From sequence record NC_041994.1: a stretch of DNA of 64,000 bases, one strand, 5' to 3'. Positions 9,837-17,632 of this stretch are shown here, piece by piece. Both the position numbers and the translations under genes were made by a program. The notes under the pieces are model-generated. The model was not told the origin of the DNA and searched no databases. It saw only the letters and a program-made list of their open reading frames with translations. Numbering within the stretch: position 1 is the first letter of the stretch; each line of letters starts with the position of its first letter.

Positions 9837-9866
9837 ACCCAGCCTCCGGGCTGGGTTTTATGCTGT
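9837..9866 (+). terminator. Hairpin-TATGC gene-boundary element
   Basis: ACCCAGCC-tccg-GGCTGGGT then TTTATGCTGT. Confidence 0.6.
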
Positions 9867-9895
9867 CTTACTTCAAATCCTTTTAAGGAATTCTC

Positions 9896-10543
9896 ATGAC
9901 CAAGATCACCGTTGGTAACATCCGCCCTGACATGTACATGCAGCCGGGCACCAAAGCCGATTGCAGCGAAGACAAGTTGGTACCGCGTCGTAAGCTGGTC
10001 GATGTGGAGACCGTTAAAGCAGCCATTCAGGCAGCAGCAATGCCCAACGGCATGTTCTCGGCTTTGCACATCCAAGGTTACATCACCGAGTGGACTCCGG
10101 GCTGGCGTGGTACTGTGAGTCCTAAAGAGGACAGCAAGGTTAACGAAGTCTGGATCAACCAGTTCGAAGTCGTGACCAACACCAACGCCGGTGGTGAGTA
10201 CGCCCGTGTAGCGGTGCGTACTTCTCGTTCGGGTGCTGACCAGGTCTTCTTGCAACGCGTTGGTGTGAACCCAGAAGATCCATTCCGTCTGGCCACAGGC
10301 GATGGCTTCATGTCGGTGCTGCCGATCAGTGTGGAGCAAGAGCTGGAGTTCCAACCACGTCTGCGTCCGGTAGAGCGTACTGAAGCCATGGACATGGTGG
10401 AAGTGGTACTGCCGTTCCCAGGCATGGTGGCTGACGACTCCGGCAACACCACCTTTAAACTGCTGGTCCCTGCACAGGGCGATGCGCGCTTTGTCGACGT
10501 CATCGACATCGCTGAACTCAAACGTCGAGGTGAACTGCTTTGA
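9896..10543 (+). CDS. Hypothetical protein
   Basis: AAGGA SD, phage codon usage, 4-bp overlap with the next gene. Confidence 0.8.
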   Translation: MTKITVGNIRPDMYMQPGTKADCSEDKLVPRRKLVDVETVKAAIQAAAMPNGMFSALHIQGYITEWTPGWRGTVSPKEDSKVNEVWINQFEVVTNTNAGGEYARVAVRTSRSGADQVFLQRVGVNPEDPFRLATGDGFMSVLPISVEQELEFQPRLRPVERTEAMDMVEVVLPFPGMVADDSGNTTFKLLVPAQGDARFVDVIDIAELKRRGELL

Positions 10544-10977
10544 GTCAAGAATGGCCGGTAAACGCTCGCTACATCCCGATGAGCACGTTCAACAACCCCT
10601 ATGTCTACAAACGACCCATGCCTGCTGAATTAGCGGACAATCGGTTGTGGCAGTTGGCATACGGTGAATTCCGTGCTCCAAAATACATGGCCGTGATGCG
10701 TGACTACATCGACAACTTTGACTGGGATAATGTCAAGGAATCTGATGTGGCCATGGCACAGAAGCTGATGATCGTGTGGGTATTGATTCCACAGAACCGC
10801 ATGCTGGAATGGCCAACCATGGCACAGAAGCTTAACGAGTTTGCGATCCGTCTTCGCAAACTGTACAACGACTGGTACTACAAGTACCACAACGCCAGTA
10901 TCGATATGGTGTGGATCGTTAACGACGTCGAGTGGTATGCGCTGATTGAAGAACCATATGCACGTTTGCATCCCTGA
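10540..10977 (+). CDS. Hypothetical protein (Trp/Tyr-rich)
   Basis: Overlapping TTGA start/stop coupling; GAGGTG SD. Confidence 0.75.
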   Translation: MSQEWPVNARYIPMSTFNNPYVYKRPMPAELADNRLWQLAYGEFRAPKYMAVMRDYIDNFDWDNVKESDVAMAQKLMIVWVLIPQNRMLEWPTMAQKLNEFAIRLRKLYNDWYYKYHNASIDMVWIVNDVEWYALIEEPYARLHP

Positions 10978-10984
10978 GGTGTGT

Positions 10985-11155
10985 ATGGTTCCTCGATTCG
11001 ATCTGTCCAAGCTTCGTGAGCGTCAAACACCCGAGCAGTTAGCGGGTAACCGTCAAAAGTCGTTGGACATGGTTCAACGGTTCCAGACGGCACAAAAAGA
11101 ATTGGAGCGGGTATGCGCTGAAAAAGGCATCCCGGTTCCAATCATGGTCTGCTAG
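10985..11155 (+). CDS. Small hypothetical protein (56 aa)
   Basis: GAGGTG SD before ATG 10985. Confidence 0.6.
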   Translation: MVPRFDLSKLRERQTPEQLAGNRQKSLDMVQRFQTAQKELERVCAEKGIPVPIMVC

Positions 11156-11179
11156 GTAAAGTTCTACTGGCCAGGTCAT

Positions 11180-11530
11180 GATATAACAGAAGGAACGTCC
11201 CCTCAGTGCTTCGTTCCCTGTATTAACCCAGGTGTCCACCAACCGGACGCACTAGCCACGCCTGAGGTTTCTTAGCAACATCAACCGTTGGGTCTAAAGC
11301 AGTTAGTCTGTTAGCTGTGGAAGATACCGGGAGGCGCCGCGTCAACCCAAATGAGGGCAGTGCGAAACAAGACAGATACTTGTCAGCACCGCGAGCCCGA
11401 TAACGAAGCCGAAAGCGTACGTAGGCTCTTGGCCACTGGGGTAATCAGTGGATGCCGCTACTCTAGTTCTCTTAGGGTAATGGCACCTTGCCGCTAGCTT
11501 AGTTCCCCTTCGCTAGCGGCTCTTGTAGAA
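11180..11530 (+). ncRNA. Candidate structured non-coding RNA
   Basis: About 350 nt with no plus-strand ORF of 60 aa or more. Multiple hairpins, e.g. CCACTG/CAGTGG (11433-11451) and GCCGCTAGC/GCTAGCGGC (11490-11520). Flanked by a GATATAAC promoter-like site and a terminator-like hairpin. Confidence 0.35.
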
Positions 11531-11531
11531 A

Positions 11532-11567
11532 GCATAGCCCGCCCCGTATAGGGCGGGCTTATGCCGT
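11532..11567 (+). terminator. GCATA-hairpin-TATGCCGT element
   Basis: GCATA-GCCCGCCC-cgtata-GGGCGGGC-T-TATGCCGT. Confidence 0.65.
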
Positions 11568-11617
11568 CCCGCGCTGGTCCTTTATCTTTTGTACTTTGGA
11601 TGCTTGGGACCATCGCC

Positions 11618-12328
11618 ATGCTTGAACTATTAATGTCCGCCGGGAAAGCGGCCGAAGGAATACCTGAGGCAGATGTTATCTTCCTCTGGGACCCTACGGA
11701 AGCCAGGGACCTCATTGGTTCTGCTGCGACTATCACACTTATCGGGGCGACGTCCATTGACCCTGATTATCAAATCGACGGTGTTAACACCATGTTGTTC
11801 CCGGGCACTACGTCAGGAGCAACGATTACATTCGAAACACCGCTAGTGCTTAATGGTCTTGATTGGACAATTGAGTGGTCAGCTATTAATGCGGCGGCGG
11901 CATCTAGCTACGCCAATGAATTTGCCATGTACTCAGGTGTCACGGGTAACGGCATGTTAGCACGATGGGGTGATGCTGGGTTTGGTAACCGCTTGCAGTT
12001 TGGTAACAAGTTTGCAGCGGCTGCTGATTGCTTTAACATTGCATTGTCGAAGGCGGGTTCAGTAGGTCAACTGTCTCGATTCGCGTTAGTGTGTAAGAAC
12101 AGTGTGGTCAGTGTGTTCCGTAACGGGATTAAACAAAGTCTCGCTGTTGGGACAGGCGGTACTTATAACCAAGCCAGTTTTCCGGCAGGTACTGCATTGA
12201 CCGATCTGCGTGCTATTCGACTGGGGTGGTTGAGTTCATCTGTTCCTACAAACGCCAGTCGGCATGGTCGAATCCGTATTTCCAAGAATGCACTGTATAC
12301 TTCTAACTACACACCACAACCATTCTGA
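11618..12328 (+). CDS. Concanavalin A-like (LamG) domain protein, probable virion/receptor-binding accessory protein
   Basis: MLELLMS start, DWTIEW strand, FALVCKNSVVSVFRNG, and the terminal GRIRISKNALYTSNYTP typical of phage LamG modules. Confidence 0.65.
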   Translation: MLELLMSAGKAAEGIPEADVIFLWDPTEARDLIGSAATITLIGATSIDPDYQIDGVNTMLFPGTTSGATITFETPLVLNGLDWTIEWSAINAAAASSYANEFAMYSGVTGNGMLARWGDAGFGNRLQFGNKFAAAADCFNIALSKAGSVGQLSRFALVCKNSVVSVFRNGIKQSLAVGTGGTYNQASFPAGTALTDLRAIRLGWLSSSVPTNASRHGRIRISKNALYTSNYTPQPF

Positions 12329-12380
12329 ATAAAAAGAATACTTTATGTGTAATAGTATACGGAAGTAATTGCCGTAGTGT

Positions 12381-12466
12381 GGGTAGATACGGAAGCGGCT
12401 CAAACCGGTCAGACTGTAAATCTGATGTCTACGACTTCGCAGGTTCGAATCCTGCTCTGCCCACCA
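12381..12466 (+). tRNA. tRNA-Tyr (GTA)
   Basis: Acceptor GGGTAGA/TCTGCCC, anticodon arm TCAGA-CTGTAAA-TCTGA, long variable arm, GGTTCGAATCC, encoded CCA. Confidence 0.95.
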
Positions 12467-12469
12467 AAC

Positions 12470-12546
12470 GTCGATGTAGCTCAGATGGTTAGAGTACCGG
12501 CCTGTCACGCCGGGGGTCGAGGGTTCGAAACCCTTCATCGACGCCA
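12470..12546 (+). tRNA. tRNA-Asp (GTC)
   Basis: Acceptor GTCGATG/CATCGAC, anticodon arm CCGGC-CTGTCAC-GCCGG, GGTTCGAAACC, encoded CCA. Confidence 0.95.
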
Positions 12547-12758
12547 TATTCTTGTTTTATGCACAGTTCTCAAGCGAGTGGTGAGACGGTCGAAAGATTG
12601 CCTGGGTAACTCTAAAACCAGGACGGTGCGCCAGTCATCCCTAGTCCGGGTGAATGTGGTGGGTGGCTTCCTCCTTCGGGATAGCCAGAGCGGGCGCCTA
12701 CTCGGGAAACCGACCCTGCGCCGCCGATGGTAAGACGGTGGCACATTTCTTCCGCAAT
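12547..12758 (+). ncRNA. Candidate structured RNA inside the tRNA cluster
   Basis: GAAA and cUUCGg tetraloop hairpins and a long-range AATGTG/CACATT pairing; no credible ORF. Confidence 0.4.
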
Positions 12759-12834
12759 TCCAGCATATCTCAGTTGGTAGAGAACACGGCTGTTAACCGT
12801 GGTGTCCCTGGTTCGAGTCCAGGTGCTGGAGCCA
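12759..12834 (+). tRNA. tRNA-Asn (GTT)
   Basis: Acceptor TCCAGCA/TGCTGGA, anticodon arm CACGG-CTGTTAA-CCGTG, GGTTCGAGTCC, encoded CCA. Confidence 0.95.
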
Positions 12835-12839
12835 ATTCT

Positions 12840-12874
12840 AAACCGCAGGCTTCGGCTTGCGGTTTATTCTGTTT
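12840..12874 (+). terminator. Terminator-like hairpin after tRNA-Asn
   Basis: AAACCGCAGGC-ttcg-GCTTGCGGTTT then ATTCTGTTT. Confidence 0.6.
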
Positions 12875-12968
12875 GTCGGTCTAGTTCAAAGGTAGAACAC
12901 CACGCATCAACAGGCAAGCTGGCCGTTAGCGTGGAGATAGTGGGGCTCGTATCCCCCAACTGACGCCA
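12875..12968 (+). ncRNA. tRNA-like RNA lacking a canonical anticodon loop (pseudo-tRNA)
   Basis: Acceptor GTCGGT/ACTGAC plus GCCA end, D-arm TAGTTCAAAGGTAGAAC, stem CCACGC/GCGTGG enclosing 23 nt, and a T-arm with the variant loop CTCGTAT. Confidence 0.6.
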
Positions 12969-13037
12969 CATGGAGAAAGCGATGCCGATCTACGAAGAGG
13001 TAAGAGTTCGATTGTGACCTTAACAGGAGCAATCGAA

Positions 13038-13208
13038 ATGGCACGTTCAAGAAACAACGGTAAACGATGCGGGTTTGAATACTGGTCTCGTCGACCTAAC
13101 TGTAATGGTGCAGTTGGTAAGTTCGCTAAACGTATCATCCATGGTCAAGAGCGTATCATCGCAAAAGACTTGACGCGTGGGGAAGTAAACGCTTACTTCT
13201 CGGAGTGA
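13038..13208 (+). CDS. Small basic hypothetical protein (56 aa)
   Basis: AGGAG SD before ATG 13038; MARSRNNGKRCGFEYWSRRP pattern. Confidence 0.7.
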   Translation: MARSRNNGKRCGFEYWSRRPNCNGAVGKFAKRIIHGQERIIAKDLTRGEVNAYFSE

Positions 13209-13244
13209 GCATAGTGCCGGGGGAAACCCCGGCTCTTATTCCGT
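13209..13244 (+). terminator. GCATA-hairpin-TATTCCGT element
   Basis: GCATAG-tGCCGGGG-gaaa-CCCCGGC-tcTTATTCCGT. Confidence 0.6.
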
Positions 13245-13257
13245 CTGGAGCAAAATC

Positions 13258-13542
13258 ATGTTAACGCGAGTACTCGAAAAGGCAAAGGGCAAGATTAAGA
13301 CTCTGGCTGAAGACACGAGCCTTACCGATAAGGAGCGTTGCGCTAAGCTGCATGTGTATCTGACTCAGGTGCTGGATAATCCGCAGATCCGTATCCAGAC
13401 CGAAGCGTCGTGCAGTCAAGAAGGTCAGCATTACCACGTATTGTTTAAAGCACGTGAAGACATGGTTCCTCGGTTTCAAGCCGGTGAACAAGTTCGCTAC
13501 ATCTTTACCTACACCAAAGACGGCGAAGTCGTCCAGTCCTAA
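13258..13542 (+). CDS. Hypothetical protein
   Basis: GGAG SD; operon-like spacing. Confidence 0.75.
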   Translation: MLTRVLEKAKGKIKTLAEDTSLTDKERCAKLHVYLTQVLDNPQIRIQTEASCSQEGQHYHVLFKAREDMVPRFQAGEQVRYIFTYTKDGEVVQS

Positions 13543-13551
13543 GGAAGTCTC

Positions 13552-13905
13552 ATGTCTGAAAAACCTGATCCATCCGATATGTTTGTCCGCTTGAACTCGG
13601 TCACGCTTATGGAAACGCACAAGCGCGGTAAGCGTATCCGTCATCCACAGATCCGTAACGTCACGGGTATTAAAGTCGACCTGAGTGAGCCCGATGACAA
13701 GGGCACTGTGACCATCACAGGTGACGTGGTAGATCGTCAGTTCAGCGCCAAGCTCACGGGGCATGTCAATATCGCTGCCGGCACAATGACCATGACGGTC
13801 GTGGACGAACGCGTGTCCAGTTACCTGAAAAAGAAACGTTTCCGCGTAATGGGATACAGTCCGGAATTCCGTATTACCAACACCAAAAGAAAAGAGGAAC
13901 AATAA
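13552..13905 (+). CDS. Hypothetical protein (beta-rich)
   Basis: AAGGA SD; coupled to the next gene by TAATG. Confidence 0.75.
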   Translation: MSEKPDPSDMFVRLNSVTLMETHKRGKRIRHPQIRNVTGIKVDLSEPDDKGTVTITGDVVDRQFSAKLTGHVNIAAGTMTMTVVDERVSSYLKKKRFRVMGYSPEFRITNTKRKEEQ

Positions 13906-14462
13906 TGTCCTTCGAACAACGTCTGCAACAGAAGACACATGAACAACAACAGCAAATCATCCACGGTGAACAAGCCATTATCTTCAACGACATGATGGAA
14001 GACGAGCCAGAGCACCCGCTTTGGGGTATCGTCGCTCCCATGCAGTCTGAGCTGGCTCAGGACACCTACCGTGGTCAGCATGGCAACATACTGGTGGAGT
14101 TGAAGCAGAGTGCTACAGACGGTAGTATCGCTGTAGTCTGGAGCAATTGGGTTGGTGCTGAACAATATCCATTCCTGTCAGTACAGGCCACCCCACGTCC
14201 AGTTCCTCGCGCACACCGCATCGCCGAGGCATCAGACCTCGACGACGTCCTGGCTATGATCGAGGACATCAATAGCAACAACCCGAGCGCATCGGCTGTG
14301 CTGATCCGTATGGCATTCGAAGCATTTAAGCCACACCTGTTGACATGCATCGACGCTGACCCTGAAACCAACCACTACAAGGTACAGGCGTACGTACCGG
14401 ACCGTAGCTACATCCTGGATATCCAGTTGCAGTGCGATGTGATTCAGGCAGCATTGAAATGA
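13905..14462 (+). CDS. Hypothetical protein
   Basis: GAGGA SD; translational coupling. Confidence 0.75.
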   Translation: MSFEQRLQQKTHEQQQQIIHGEQAIIFNDMMEDEPEHPLWGIVAPMQSELAQDTYRGQHGNILVELKQSATDGSIAVVWSNWVGAEQYPFLSVQATPRPVPRAHRIAEASDLDDVLAMIEDINSNNPSASAVLIRMAFEAFKPHLLTCIDADPETNHYKVQAYVPDRSYILDIQLQCDVIQAALK

Positions 14463-14740
14463 ATCCAAAGTTCATCGAACTGATGGACGTGTTGATCGAG
14501 TCGAGTATCGGGATCTACTTGCTCAACCGTCAGACCACATTCAACCGGGTGATTCCGGTTGTTGATCTCGGTGTCGAACGCGTCACCGATAAACTGGTTG
14601 AAGAGTGCACCCTCTACGGCAATCGCATCGGTACACCGGTGCAGTACTGTGAGACCCTTCGGGGTTTCACCATGACGATTGATTTGATGGGTGTCACTCT
14701 CAATCTCAAACAAGCACGTAAACTCACTGGCACTTATTAA
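14459..14740 (+). CDS. Hypothetical protein
   Basis: ATGA overlap with the upstream stop. Confidence 0.7.
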   Translation: MNPKFIELMDVLIESSIGIYLLNRQTTFNRVIPVVDLGVERVTDKLVEECTLYGNRIGTPVQYCETLRGFTMTIDLMGVTLNLKQARKLTGTY

Positions 14741-14749
14741 GGAACCACC

Positions 14750-15250
14750 ATGTCACGACAAGCTACGATCCACGCGTCGATGGACGCTGTGATGCAAGCC
14801 TTTCTCGAAACCCCAGCTACCGCCGCACACATGAAAGAGTGTTACGGCAAGGCAGACTGGTTACGCGACTTCCGTACCGTGGGTTTCTTCATACCACGGC
14901 AAACCGGAGCCACGTCGTGGATGCTGAAGAAGATGCTGGCTGAGCCAGACTCCATGCTCTTCAGTAAGTTCCGAGAAAACTACATCGTAAATTTCGACGC
15001 TAACGGTGTATGTGATGTGATGCAACCTAAGCAGTCGATGTTGTCGGAGGCTGATCAGGCCAAGATCCGTGAACCGATCGATCTGTCCCTCTGGATCAAA
15101 CGCAAAGAGTATCGCGTTGAACCATTGAAACTGTTGATCTTCGATTTCTCCTCATCTATCTTCAACAACATCCGCATCAATAAGTTCCATGAATGGTTAG
15201 AGCGGTCTCCCGGTATTACGCACGACACCGTGATCATCCGCATTAACTAA
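14750..15250 (+). CDS. Hypothetical protein (possible degenerate P-loop-like fold)
   Basis: AAGGA SD. FFIPRQTGATSW and LLIFD resemble Walker A/B-like segments only weakly. Confidence 0.7.
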   Translation: MSRQATIHASMDAVMQAFLETPATAAHMKECYGKADWLRDFRTVGFFIPRQTGATSWMLKKMLAEPDSMLFSKFRENYIVNFDANGVCDVMQPKQSMLSEADQAKIREPIDLSLWIKRKEYRVEPLKLLIFDFSSSIFNNIRINKFHEWLERSPGITHDTVIIRIN

Positions 15251-15341
15251 ACTCACATCAGCACAATCATCATTCTGAAGCAAGACACCACGTCAGTAGC
15301 ATTCGCCATCATCGGGGTAGTAAGCGTTATTACCCATTCGG

Positions 15342-15415
15342 CGTCATGTAACTCAGTCAGGTAGAGTAAACGGCTTTTAACCGTTAGGTCGCAGGTTCAA
15401 ATCCTGCCATGACCG
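15342..15415 (+). tRNA. tRNA-Lys (TTT), CCA not encoded
   Basis: GTCATG/CATGAC acceptor with a 1:72 mismatch, D-arm AACTCAGTCAGGTAGAGT, anticodon arm AACGG-CTTTTAA-CCGTT, GGTTCAAATCC. Confidence 0.85.
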
Positions 15416-15424
15416 CTCTCTGAC

Positions 15425-15982
15425 ATGGTGAAAAGAATGAAGAATGAAGTTGCAGTACTGACACTCCCTGCCGTGAACCGCGTTATCCGTTCCATCGGGT
15501 TCGAAGACATCAAGGTAAAAATTGATGACGAAGAATCATGGGGGTGCGCAAACGGGGAAACACGGGAGGCGTTGGTGATTGTGCTGGAGTCAGGTTGGCG
15601 TGTGGTGCTGGTGGATCGGGCTGGGCAGTCCTGCTGCGAATCCCGTTACATGAGCACTGACGATGACCTGGATTCTCTTGTAGGTGAAACACTGGTTGGT
15701 ATCCGCCACGGCGGTGCTGATTCAAAGACTGGCCATTACTGCGGTATTGAGGATGGCGAAATCGGAGACGGTGAAGACGACGATGATAACGAACCCGAAG
15801 GCTGTTACTGCGACGGGGTTGTTGAAGTCGAGTTTGCGCTGATTCAGACTGACCGCGATTCTGCCACGATCGGTACTTACAACTCCCACAACGGTTACTA
15901 CGGTGGCCTGGACTTGGCGTTGGCGGTGTACGATCCTGACGGGAACAAAGTAGTCGACCACGTTTCATTCACAGGGGAATAA
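15425..15982 (+). CDS. Hypothetical protein with SCCE and HNGYYGG motifs
   Basis: 185-aa ORF with an acidic tract; motif pattern recalled from conserved phage hypotheticals. Confidence 0.75.
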   Translation: MVKRMKNEVAVLTLPAVNRVIRSIGFEDIKVKIDDEESWGCANGETREALVIVLESGWRVVLVDRAGQSCCESRYMSTDDDLDSLVGETLVGIRHGGADSKTGHYCGIEDGEIGDGEDDDDNEPEGCYCDGVVEVEFALIQTDRDSATIGTYNSHNGYYGGLDLALAVYDPDGNKVVDHVSFTGE

Positions 15983-16017
15983 GAGGGGGCCTTCGGGCCC
16001 TCTTCTTTTTATTCCGT
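15977..16017 (+). terminator. Hairpin-TATTCCGT terminator
   Basis: GAGGGGGCC-ttcg-GGCCCTCTTC then TTTTTATTCCGT. Confidence 0.7.
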
Positions 16018-16028
16018 TTGGAGGCTCT

Positions 16029-16775
16029 ATGACTATCCGTACAGACCACATGAACTACGCTCTGGAAGTGGAGACGCAGTTCAGCGAATTGGTAGGCGAC
16101 CTCAGCGAAGGTGTCTACAGTTGTAGCTACAACGACCACGACATTTTCTCAGCGGCGTTCAAAGGCTATCTGAACGAAAGCATCGAAACCACCTGTAGCT
16201 ACGAGCGTCAGCGCTGCATGGGGATGATTGAATCCCACATGCCGGAAGACAAGGACTACATGGCTGAAGTGATTCGCCGTGTGCGTTCTCTGCGTGGTTG
16301 GCCAGAAGGTTGGTATGCACCATTGACGCCTCTGGACAAACTTAACCACATGTACCGGGAGCTTTTGATTGACGAAGCACACCGTGACCTGCTGGAGCCT
16401 GAGACGTTGCCACAGGTACGACTGACGGGCTATCGGGTTACGTTCCCTGTTGTGGACGATCCGGTGTTGTCTGAACAGACGCACTACATCAACGTGGGTG
16501 AAGATCCTGAGATCACCTTCCGTCGTAACGGCATAGAAGGCCAGATGGCCACCTATACGAATGCCAGCATCAACGGCCTTGACGTTCACATCCAAGCGGT
16601 ATACGACCCGGCGGCTATGCGCATCCTGAGCAGTGAAGCCTGGATCGAGAAGAACCTTGGTGGTGACTGGGTTGTGGATGACAACGGCAAACGTAGCTTC
16701 AAATCTAACATCCAACGAACGCCTGTTCAGGTATTCGACTTTGTAGTGGGTATCACACCTGCGGGGGAAATATGA
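16029..16775 (+). CDS. Hypothetical protein
   Basis: GGAGG SD; 248 aa. Confidence 0.8.
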   Translation: MTIRTDHMNYALEVETQFSELVGDLSEGVYSCSYNDHDIFSAAFKGYLNESIETTCSYERQRCMGMIESHMPEDKDYMAEVIRRVRSLRGWPEGWYAPLTPLDKLNHMYRELLIDEAHRDLLEPETLPQVRLTGYRVTFPVVDDPVLSEQTHYINVGEDPEITFRRNGIEGQMATYTNASINGLDVHIQAVYDPAAMRILSSEAWIEKNLGGDWVVDDNGKRSFKSNIQRTPVQVFDFVVGITPAGEI

Positions 16776-17191
16776 GTAACTCTATTGCGTCACTGTCTGG
16801 TGTACAACTGGTCATGCCTGATGGCAGCCGTAACGATTTGAACTTCGGCAGTCCGGCCATGTTCAGTGACCGGGGTGATCACTTGACCCTCGGTATTGAG
16901 CTCGACCACATGGATTACACACTGCGCATCAGCATGCGGGTGGACAAGGCAGACGCCACAGTCGATCAGTCCTGTATCGGTAAGCATAAAGAGACAGGCG
17001 AAGAACGTCCGTTCAAGTTCATGCCGCGTTTCCAGGCAAACATCAATAACCTCAACCGTCGCGAACCACTTAGCATCGAACAGACCTTCGATACGCTGCG
17101 TGAACGACTGAAGCAGTATCCCGCATCAACCCTCTTCGGCAGCCAACCGACTGCACCGGCACCACACCCATCCAAACGGAAGTTCCCATGA
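16772..17191 (+). CDS. Hypothetical protein
   Basis: ATGA coupling. Confidence 0.75.
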   Translation: MSNSIASLSGVQLVMPDGSRNDLNFGSPAMFSDRGDHLTLGIELDHMDYTLRISMRVDKADATVDQSCIGKHKETGEERPFKFMPRFQANINNLNRREPLSIEQTFDTLRERLKQYPASTLFGSQPTAPAPHPSKRKFP

Positions 17192-17631
17192 GCAAGAAAG
17201 CTAAACTGAAAACATATCGCATCGAGTTCAAAGGCACCGACCTCGTACTCGAAGATGTTCGTCTGGTCAACATCCCGGTCAGCAATGCCACCCTGCCTTA
17301 CACCCGCATTGAGAAGCACCACTCGGGTGCCTGGATGCTGGTGCACCGTGCCGATGGTTTGTTCCAGGAGATCCCGGACGAAGGCATCAACATCAACATC
17401 AGTCGTCAGGGTGAGAATCGCTTCCTGTATATCGAAGATGACGAATGCAGCGGTATTGTTCGTCGTATCACCAAAGCCACGCGGGTGAACATAGGCCCGG
17501 AAGTCTTCCATCTGGACTGCATCGAGCGCCACACCAACCTGCGCAGTGATTGGCGTTTGACTCACAGCCCGAGCATGATCGCTGAAACGCCGGCCATCAA
17601 GTCGATCATGATCAAACCCATGGTGGTGTAA
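17188..17631 (+). CDS. Hypothetical protein
   Basis: ATGA coupling. Confidence 0.75.
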   Translation: MSKKAKLKTYRIEFKGTDLVLEDVRLVNIPVSNATLPYTRIEKHHSGAWMLVHRADGLFQEIPDEGININISRQGENRFLYIEDDECSGIVRRITKATRVNIGPEVFHLDCIERHTNLRSDWRLTHSPSMIAETPAIKSIMIKPMVV

Positions 17632-17632
17632 C

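Noticed and set aside
11561-11617. ORF-track start of the LamG gene at 11561
   Set aside because: The ATG is part of the TATGCCGT boundary motif. MLELLMS at 11618 is the more plausible start.
12570-12650. Amber-suppressor or intron-containing tRNA suggested by CTCTAAA inside CCTGG/CCAGG
   Set aside because: The loop is too long, there is no T-arm or acceptor pairing with CCA, and no group I intron P/Q/R/S core is recognisable.
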